Shown in pieces: positions 55,179 through 61,930 of a DNA stretch of 64,000 nt. How positions within the stretch are numbered: the stretch's first letter is position 1; each line of letters starts with the position of its first letter. The notes under the pieces were generated by a model. It made no database searches, was not told the DNA's origin, and worked only from the letters and a program-made list of their open reading frames with translations. The position numbers were made by a program, and so were the translations under genes. The stretch is from Oscillospiraceae bacterium. Its GTDB lineage: Bacteria > Bacillota > Clostridia > Oscillospirales > Oscillospiraceae. The DNA lies in contig JAFRSI010000141.1 of assembly GCA_017427645.1 (NCBI GenBank), forward strand, positions 6,395 to 70,394. Reading direction: 5' to 3'.

Positions 55179-56363
55179 TCACATGATGGGGATCTTGATC
55201 CTGACGTCGCTGGTGGGATAGGCGGCGCAGGCGTGGACGTAGCCGAAGTCGCGGTCCGCGCCCCGGCGGCCGTCGTTCTCCGGGCAGATATAGACGCTGC
55301 CGGAGAGGACCTTGGTGCGGCAGAAGCCGCATTCGCCGCTGCGGCAGCCGGTTTCGATGCGGATGCCGGCCCGCTCCAGGGCCACCACCAGGCTCTCCGT
55401 GGCCTTGGCGGGGATCACGTCCTCGCGGAGACCGCGGACAACGGTGAGCTGATAGGTCCGATCCCGGCACTCCATGGGATAGCCGGGGAAGGTGGTGATA
55501 TCCTTGGCCTGGCCGAACACCTCGAAGCGCACGCGGCGCTTGGGAATATCCAGCTTGGCCAGCTCCCCGTGGAGGAAGCGGTACATCACCTGGGGGCCGC
55601 AGATAAAGTAGGTGGTGTCCGGCGCGGAATACTTCCGGATCAGCTCCGCTGTCAGGAAGCCCCTTTCGCCCTGCCAGTCCGGCTCGTCGCCGGAGAGGAC
55701 GTGGACCACGCGGACGTGCTCGCCCTCCAGGGCGGCCAGCTCCTCCTTCAGCGTGATGTCGTCGGAGGACACGGAGCCGTAGAGGATGGTCAGATCCATG
55801 TCCAGCGTGCCGTGGGCTACCTCCCGGGCCATGGAGGCGAAGGGCGTGATGCCCACGCCGCCGGCCAGGGCCACCACGTGCTTTGCGTCGCGCAGGGGCT
55901 CGTAGTAGAACTGGCCGCAGCCGATCAAGCCGCGGAAGGTGTCGCCCACCTTCACGTTGTCGTTGATGTGGTCGCAGATAAAGCCGTCGCCCTTGGAGCG
56001 GCGGACCGTGATCTCCACAAAGCCCTTCTCCTGCCGGGCCTGCCAGGGCGCCGAGGAGATGGAGTAGGGTCGGGAGATCAGGCTCTGGCCAATGGGGAAG
56101 TCCAGCACCATGAACTGACCGGCGTAGAAGGGGGGCAGCTTTCCGCCGCCGACCTTTTCAAAGCGGACGGTCTTGGCGGTCCTGGAGGCGTCGCGGATCT
56201 CCGTCACCACCAGGTCCAGCTTGCCGGGATGCCACTCTCTGGCTACGTCGGCGATGGGGTCCTCCCGGACCGGCGCGGGAGAAGCGGCTGCAAACGCGTG
56301 GAGACGCGCCTTGGTGACGCGGGAGGCGCCTCCTACGTCCTTCAAAAAGCCGTTTACTTTCAT
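55179..56363 (-). CDS. FNR-type FAD/NAD-binding reductase with C-terminal 2Fe-2S ferredoxin
   Basis: RPYSISS, AGGVGITPF, ICGP, FEVF, CRSGECGFC..C; 4-bp overlap with upstream gene. Confidence 0.88.
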   Translation of the reverse strand: MKVNGFLKDVGGASRVTKARLHAFAAASPAPVREDPIADVAREWHPGKLDLVVTEIRDASRTAKTVRFEKVGGGKLPPFYAGQFMVLDFPIGQSLISRPYSISSAPWQARQEKGFVEITVRRSKGDGFICDHINDNVKVGDTFRGLIGCGQFYYEPLRDAKHVVALAGGVGITPFASMAREVAHGTLDMDLTILYGSVSSDDITLKEELAALEGEHVRVVHVLSGDEPDWQGERGFLTAELIRKYSAPDTTYFICGPQVMYRFLHGELAKLDIPKRRVRFEVFGQAKDITTFPGYPMECRDRTYQLTVVRGLREDVIPAKATESLVVALERAGIRIETGCRSGECGFCRTKVLSGSVYICPENDGRRGADRDFGYVHACAAYPTSDVRIKIPIM

Positions 56364-57889
56364 TTCGCCGCCTCCTTTGCCATGGTATCCAGCACATTTT
56401 TCGCCGCCTTGCGGCCGTTGACCACCGCCGGGCCCATACCGTCGCCGCTGATCTGGTGGGCGCCGGAGAACTCCAGATGGCCGATGAACTTCTCCTCCTC
56501 TTCCGTCTGCAGACGGGCAACGATGTGGTCCTCCATGGTGTGGGCATAGCCGTAGATGCAGCCGTTCCACATGCCGGTATAGCGGGCCACGGTCATGGGC
56601 GTCTCGATCACGATCTCCAGTATGTGATCCAGCAGATTCACGCCGAAGTAGGCGCTCATATCGTCGATGAGCTGCTTGGCCACCTGATGCTTCACGCGGT
56701 CATACTCGTCGGCGGTAACGGTCTTCCAGCCGTCCACGCGCGGCAGAACGGTGATGGAGAAGGAGCAGGTCCCCGCGGGGGTGGCGTCGGGATTGCCGTA
56801 GTTGTGGCAGATACAGGTGAGATAGCTGTACGGACCCAGGCCCTTCAGCTCATCGTAAATCCTGTCGGTATCCATCGTGGTGCCGTGGAAGATGCTGTAA
56901 TCCTTGATGTTCAGCTCCTCGGCGCTCTTGTCCAGGATCAGGATGACAGAGAATGCCGTCAGACTGATGCGGCGGCCGTTGACCATCTTGATGGCCCCGG
57001 CGGGCACCGCCTCAGCCGGCTCGATCATGGAGGTGTAGACCTTGTTGGGGTAGGCCGAGCAGATCACGTAGTCGGCGTAGATCTCGTCGCCCCGGGCGGT
57101 GCGGACGCCGTAAGCCTTGCCGTCCTTCACCAGGATCTTGTCCACGTGCTGCCGGTACTCGATCTGTACGCCCATCTCCTCGGCCTTTTCCGCCATCTTC
57201 AGGCTCATCTCATGGCTGAACTTCCGGGGGATATAGGAGCCGTTGCCGATATACTCGCCCATCAGCACGGCGTAGATGGTGAAGGGCAGATCGTTGAAGC
57301 CGCTGCCCACGTAGATCCAGTAGGGGGCCAGCAGATCCAGGGCCTTCTGCGGCAGGTCGAAGGTGTCCAGCACCTCTTTGGTGCTGTAACCGGCGGTCTT
57401 GACAAAGGCCGGGTGCTTGAGCAGCATCTGGGGCTTGCTCAGGTGGTTGACGGACAGATAGTTGACGCTGTCATACACGGTGGCGCACAGGTCCATCAGA
57501 CGCTTGACCTTCTCGTACGTGCCGGGCACGGCGGCGTCGATCTCGCGGGAGAAAGTCTCCATGCCCGGGTGCAGCGTCACCTCCAGGCCGGGGAGACTGG
57601 CATGGTACGCCTCCGGTACCCGGAGCCAGTCGATGTCGATGCCCAGCTGGTCGAAAAATACGCCCACCTTCTGCCGGTTGTCCTTGGCGCCGATATACAT
57701 CATTTCGTGGAGGGCCGCTTCGATCTCGATGCCGCCGCGCACGAAAGAGGTGGCCACGCCGCCGGGCAGATTGTGACGCTCCAGCACCAGCACGTCCTTG
57801 CCCTTGTCCGCCAGCTGCAGCGCCGCCGAAAGGCCCGCCAGCGCGCCGCCCACCACGATGACGTCATAGTGGTCTTTGTAAAATTTCAT
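56360..57889 (-). CDS. CrtI/phytoene desaturase-retinol saturase family FAD oxidoreductase
   Basis: VGGALAGL..VLERHNLPGG..SFVRGG..EAALH; ETPMTVARYT..NGCIYG; GDGM..VNGRKAA. Confidence 0.85.
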   Translation of the reverse strand: MKFYKDHYDVIVVGGALAGLSAALQLADKGKDVLVLERHNLPGGVATSFVRGGIEIEAALHEMMYIGAKDNRQKVGVFFDQLGIDIDWLRVPEAYHASLPGLEVTLHPGMETFSREIDAAVPGTYEKVKRLMDLCATVYDSVNYLSVNHLSKPQMLLKHPAFVKTAGYSTKEVLDTFDLPQKALDLLAPYWIYVGSGFNDLPFTIYAVLMGEYIGNGSYIPRKFSHEMSLKMAEKAEEMGVQIEYRQHVDKILVKDGKAYGVRTARGDEIYADYVICSAYPNKVYTSMIEPAEAVPAGAIKMVNGRRISLTAFSVILILDKSAEELNIKDYSIFHGTTMDTDRIYDELKGLGPYSYLTCICHNYGNPDATPAGTCSFSITVLPRVDGWKTVTADEYDRVKHQVAKQLIDDMSAYFGVNLLDHILEIVIETPMTVARYTGMWNGCIYGYAHTMEDHIVARLQTEEEEKFIGHLEFSGAHQISGDGMGPAVVNGRKAAKNVLDTMAKEAAK

Positions 57890-57911
57890 AGGCAATTATC
57901 CTTTCCGAAAA

Positions 57912-57936
57912 ACGGGGGCGGTTGTCCCGCCCCCGT
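57912..57936 (-). terminator. Hairpin with U-tract between the isomerase and the CrtI-like gene
   Basis: Minus strand acgggggcgg-gacaa-ccgcccccg-ttttt. Confidence 0.6.
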
Positions 57937-57947
57937 CTCTGCAAGTC

Positions 57948-59336
57948 TTAGAAGAAGCGATCCACCAGCTCGCGGGAGTACTCGGCCGTCTCGTCCATGT
58001 CGCCGAAGGACATGATCTCGCCGGCATAATAGGTGTCGTACTTGCCCTGCATGGCCTCCACCTTGTCATACCAGCCGGCGGCATAGTCGTCGGAGAAGAC
58101 GTGGGGGAAGTAATACACGGACCACTCGTTGATGACCTCTCTGGCGGGGTTCTTCATGATCTTCAGATCGTCCTGCACCATCTGGCGGCACTCCTCGTAG
58201 GGGATCTCCCTGGAGTTCTTGTGCTTGCGCAGGGCGTAGGTGGTGATGACCTGGTCGATCTGATCCTTCCAGCGGCGATAGTAGACCATCAGGTGGCCCA
58301 GCTTCTCGGGCACCATGTTGTCAAACACGTAGTAGGAGATCTCGGGGTGATCCTCGGGTCTGGTTAGCACGGCCTGGACGTCATAGCGCTCGTAGTCGAT
58401 CTTGGAGAACAGCGCCTTTTCGTCCTCGCGGGCGTCGAAGTAGTCCACCATGCCCTTCTGGCCGTCGGCCCGGGTGCCGGGGATATACAGCGGCGCGGTG
58501 ACGATGATCTTGTCATACTCCTCCACCTGGCCGTTGACGGTGACGTAGACCTTGCCGTCCCGGCGCTCCACCTTCTCGATGGTGCTGCCCAGGCGGGCGG
58601 GATTCTTCAGATGGGCGTTGAGCTGCTCCCAGATGTACTGGGTGCCCTCCTTCCAGGTCCAGAGATTGACCTTCACGAAGTTCATGCAGGTCTGATAGTC
58701 CAGATACTTCACCACGTAGCCGGCGGGGATCTCGTCGAAGTAGCCGTAGCCAAAAGAGGTAAAGGGCCCGATCCAGATCTTCTGCACCAGGGGCACGCCG
58801 TTCATCTCGCAGAACTGCTTGAAGGGCATGGCCAGATCCTTCAGGTTGGGGTTGACGCCCTCCACCTTCTCGCGGCCGGGGGTGACGGCATAGCCCTCGT
58901 AGCGGCCTTCGGCAACGCCGCGGTGGCCGTTGATGTCGTAGCCCTTGTACTTGGTCTCCAGCAGCTCGCCGAACTTCTTGAGCTGGCTCTTCATCTTCAG
59001 CATCCAGGGATTCTTGATGATGTTGCCGATGGTGCGGGCAAAGGGCTCAATGACCTCGCCCTTGGCGTTCTTGTAATTGCGGTTCAGCTTGGGACCGTCG
59101 TGGGTGATGCCGCAGAAATCCTCCACGTCCTTGACGGCGTAGTAGCTGGGCACGCCCATGATGGCGCCCATCTCATAGCGCCGCCCGTTGTAATGGGGGG
59201 ACCAGCACTTGCCGCCCACGCGATCCTGGCGCTCCAGGATGGTGTAGTTCTCATAGCCCTTCTGCTCCAGATACATACCGGCGGAAAGACCGGCGGGGCC
59301 GCCGCCCACGATGCAGATGCGAATGTTCTTGTCCAT
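57948..59336 (-). CDS. Polyunsaturated fatty acid isomerase (PAI-type linoleate 10,12-isomerase) homologue
   Basis: Blocks shared with C. acnes PAI as recalled: GPAGL.AGMYLEQ, YTILER, VGGKC.SP, GRRYEMGAIMGVPSY, DGPKL.R, PFT.FGYG.FD, LGH.MVYY.RW, EECRQMV.DD, YYFPHV, GWY.KVE.MQG, YAGEIMSFG; RBS ggagg. Confidence 0.88.
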   Translation of the reverse strand: MDKNIRICIVGGGPAGLSAGMYLEQKGYENYTILERQDRVGGKCWSPHYNGRRYEMGAIMGVPSYYAVKDVEDFCGITHDGPKLNRNYKNAKGEVIEPFARTIGNIIKNPWMLKMKSQLKKFGELLETKYKGYDINGHRGVAEGRYEGYAVTPGREKVEGVNPNLKDLAMPFKQFCEMNGVPLVQKIWIGPFTSFGYGYFDEIPAGYVVKYLDYQTCMNFVKVNLWTWKEGTQYIWEQLNAHLKNPARLGSTIEKVERRDGKVYVTVNGQVEEYDKIIVTAPLYIPGTRADGQKGMVDYFDAREDEKALFSKIDYERYDVQAVLTRPEDHPEISYYVFDNMVPEKLGHLMVYYRRWKDQIDQVITTYALRKHKNSREIPYEECRQMVQDDLKIMKNPAREVINEWSVYYFPHVFSDDYAAGWYDKVEAMQGKYDTYYAGEIMSFGDMDETAEYSRELVDRFF

Positions 59337-59393
59337 GTTCAGCCTCCATATCATTATTCCGTATTCGGTATTGAAACCGCAATCGTGTAGTAT

Positions 59394-59422
59394 ATTATAT
59401 CGCCGTTTTCGTTTAAATTCAA
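59394..59422 (-). promoter_or_regulatory. Promoter of the isomerase operon
   Basis: TTGAAT-17-TATAAT. Confidence 0.7.
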
Positions 59423-59471
59423 CAGACAATTATCGATTATAAACATTTTCATGCAATTTGAAAGAGAAATC

Positions 59472-59500
59472 TTTATTTTATATGACGAATATGGTATACT
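59472..59500 (+). promoter_or_regulatory. Divergent promoter of the ligase-ACP-thioesterase operon
   Basis: TTTATT-17-TATACT with extended TG. Confidence 0.6.
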
Positions 59501-59522
59501 GCCCGCAGGGAGGTGCGTTTGT

Positions 59523-60863
59523 ATGCGATTTGACGGCTTCCGGCATCTGCTGGCCCACTGGGCGGAGCGTCAGCCGGACGCACCGGCGCTGCGCTTCGGC
59601 GCCCAAAGCTGCTCTTTCGGGGAGCTTCTGCACCGGGTCGAGCAGCGCTCGGCTCAGCTGCGGGCAGAGGGGAATACCTGCATGGGGATCCTCTCCGACG
59701 GCAGCCTGGACTGCGTGATCGAGATCTTTGCGGCCAACGCCGCCGGACTGCAGGCGGTGCTGCTGGACGAGCAGCTCCCCGAGGACGTGCTGCGGGGGCT
59801 GATCCGGTATGCCGACATCGACCGACTGTGGGGCGACGAGGACCTGGTGCAGGAATTGACGCCCGCCCTGACCGGCGGCACGGCCGACGGCGCGGGAAAG
59901 CTCCTGTTCTTCACCTCCGGCACCACGGAGCAGTCCAAGGCCGTGGTCCTGACGGATCACAGCCTGTGCCAGAGCGCCTGGAACGGCTCCCAGATGCTGC
60001 CCCTCTCCCGGGAGGACACGCTGCTTTGCCTGCTGCCTCTGGGCCACGTATTCGGCTTCGTGTGCGGCCTTCTGTGGGGTCTCTCCAACGGGGCCTGCGT
60101 CGCCCTGGGCCGCGGCGTGCGCCACTATTTTGACGACTGCGCCTTCTACTCCCCCACGGCGGTTTCCGTGGTGCCCCTGCTGCTGGAGCACCTTTTGCGC
60201 GCCGATGCCCTGGGGCCCACTCTGCGGACGGTCCTGGTAGGCGCCGGCGACTGCCCCGCCCCCCTGCTGGCCGCCGCTGCGGCCCGGGGCCTGCGGATCA
60301 GCTTCGGCTACGGCCTCACGGAGACCAGCTCCGGTGTGGCCATCAGCACGGGCGGCGATCCCTTTGCCATGGATATCTGCCCCGACGACACCGTCACCCT
60401 GGCCCCGGACGGCGAGATCCTGATTGAAGCGCCCACCTGCATGATGCAGGGCTACTACAAGCGCCCGGACGCCACCGCTGCCGTGCTGCAGGACGGCGTT
60501 CTGCACACGGGGGATCTGGGCCGGTTCGACCAGGAGGGGCGGCTCCATATCCTGGGCCGCAAGAAGGACGTCCTGGTGCTGCCGGACGGCACGAAGCTCT
60601 ATCTCCCCGAATATGAAAGCGAAATCGCGGAGGCCCTGGGGATCCGCGACCTGGCCGTCACCCTCCGCAGCGGACGGCCCATCCTCCTGCTGCACGGCGA
60701 GATCAGCCCCGCCGAGGCAGTGCAAAAGCTGCGCCCCCTCATGGCGCGGCGCCCCCGCGGACAGCAGCTGACGGACGTCCTGGTGACGAATCAGCCTCTG
60801 CCCCGTACGGCTACCGGAAAGATCAAACGCTGGGAACTCCAGCAGAAAGTGAGTGTGCTATGA
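59523..60863 (+). CDS. AMP-binding (ANL) long-chain acyl ligase
   Basis: FTSGTT..SK, GYGLTET, HTGDLG, GRKKD, LPRTATGKIKR; RBS ggaggtg. Confidence 0.9.
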   Translation: MRFDGFRHLLAHWAERQPDAPALRFGAQSCSFGELLHRVEQRSAQLRAEGNTCMGILSDGSLDCVIEIFAANAAGLQAVLLDEQLPEDVLRGLIRYADIDRLWGDEDLVQELTPALTGGTADGAGKLLFFTSGTTEQSKAVVLTDHSLCQSAWNGSQMLPLSREDTLLCLLPLGHVFGFVCGLLWGLSNGACVALGRGVRHYFDDCAFYSPTAVSVVPLLLEHLLRADALGPTLRTVLVGAGDCPAPLLAAAAARGLRISFGYGLTETSSGVAISTGGDPFAMDICPDDTVTLAPDGEILIEAPTCMMQGYYKRPDATAAVLQDGVLHTGDLGRFDQEGRLHILGRKKDVLVLPDGTKLYLPEYESEIAEALGIRDLAVTLRSGRPILLLHGEISPAEAVQKLRPLMARRPRGQQLTDVLVTNQPLPRTATGKIKRWELQQKVSVL

Positions 60864-61108
60864 AAAGAGAAGAGATCCTGGAAAAGACCCGCAAGATTAT
60901 CTACGACTGCTTCCCCGAGTTGGCGGACGCGGAGCTGCGGGAGGACACGGTGATCAATACGGATACCGGTATCGACTCCATGGGCTTCGTGCTCATCATC
61001 TGCAAGCTGGAGGCCCTGTTCAACGTGCGGATCCCGGAGCGGCAGTGGAAGAAGCTCTCCACCCTGGGCGACGTGGTGGACGCCATCTCCAACCGTCTGT
61101 CCAAATGA
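60860..61108 (+). CDS. Acyl carrier protein
   Basis: 82 aa; GIDSM phosphopantetheine site; ATGA overlap with the ligase. Confidence 0.9.
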   Translation: MKREEILEKTRKIIYDCFPELADAELREDTVINTDTGIDSMGFVLIICKLEALFNVRIPERQWKKLSTLGDVVDAISNRLSK

Positions 61109-61824
61109 GTATTTATCAGAAGGAGCTGCGCCTGCGCAGCTCGGACGTGGATCTCCACCGGCGATTGCGCCTGTCCACCCTGTTCGCCCTGCTCCAGGAG
61201 GCCGCCATCGCCCACACGGAGCAGTTGGGGATGGGCCGGGCCATGACCCTGGACCGCGGCGCCCTGTGGATCGTAACGCTGCAGTCGGCGCAGATCCGGC
61301 GCATGCCGGAATATGACGAGGAGATCGTGCTCCGCTCCTGGCCGGGACAGACCATGCACGTTCTGTTTCCCCGCTACTGCGCCGTTGATACGGCCTGCGG
61401 CGAGCCGCTGATCCGCGCCAGCGCCCTGTGGACGCTGATCGACGGCGACACCCGGAAGCTGGTTTTCCCGGAGCGGCTGGGGGTGGAGATCCAGGGCGTC
61501 TCCCGCCCGGAGGACGAGATCCCCCTGCCCTCTGCCCCGCGGCCCATCCCGACCACGCAGCACCGGGAGTTCACCGTGCCCTACAGCTACGTGGATCTCA
61601 ACGGCCACATGAACAACACCCGTTACTTCGACCTGGCGGAGGACTGCATCAGCGCCGCAGCGGAGGGACGGCCTCTGCGCGCCGTCAGCACGGAATTCAA
61701 ACAGGAGGCCCGCCTGGGCGAGACCCTCTCCCTGGCGTGGGGCCGGGACGGCGAGCGCTGGTATCTGGCCGGCGCCGCAGAGAAGAACGTCTTCCGCATG
61801 AGTCTCACCTACGGCGAGGGCTGA
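61105..61824 (+). CDS. Acyl-ACP thioesterase (FatA/FatB-like double hot-dog)
   Basis: SDVD..LQEAA.AH, DLNGHMNNTRY; ATGA overlap with ACP. Confidence 0.9.
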   Translation: MSIYQKELRLRSSDVDLHRRLRLSTLFALLQEAAIAHTEQLGMGRAMTLDRGALWIVTLQSAQIRRMPEYDEEIVLRSWPGQTMHVLFPRYCAVDTACGEPLIRASALWTLIDGDTRKLVFPERLGVEIQGVSRPEDEIPLPSAPRPIPTTQHREFTVPYSYVDLNGHMNNTRYFDLAEDCISAAAEGRPLRAVSTEFKQEARLGETLSLAWGRDGERWYLAGAAEKNVFRMSLTYGEG

Positions 61825-61881
61825 GAGGCGAATGATCCGCTTTCCGCATGGAAAGCAGCTCTCAGCGACGCAGATATGCAA

Positions 61882-61912
61882 GCCCCGCAGCCGATACGGC
61901 TGCGGGGCGTTT
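61882..61912. terminator. Bidirectional terminator
   Basis: gccccgcagccg-ata-cggctgcggggc followed by gtttt. Confidence 0.75.
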
Positions 61913-61930
61913 TGCAGACGTTTTGTTGTT

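Noticed and set aside
56360-57889. Carotenoid biosynthesis
   Set aside because: No crtE, crtB or crtM in the window; the context is fatty-acid related
59523-61824. NRPS/PKS secondary-metabolite cluster
   Set aside because: No condensation or ketosynthase domains; the thioesterase is the hot-dog acyl-ACP type
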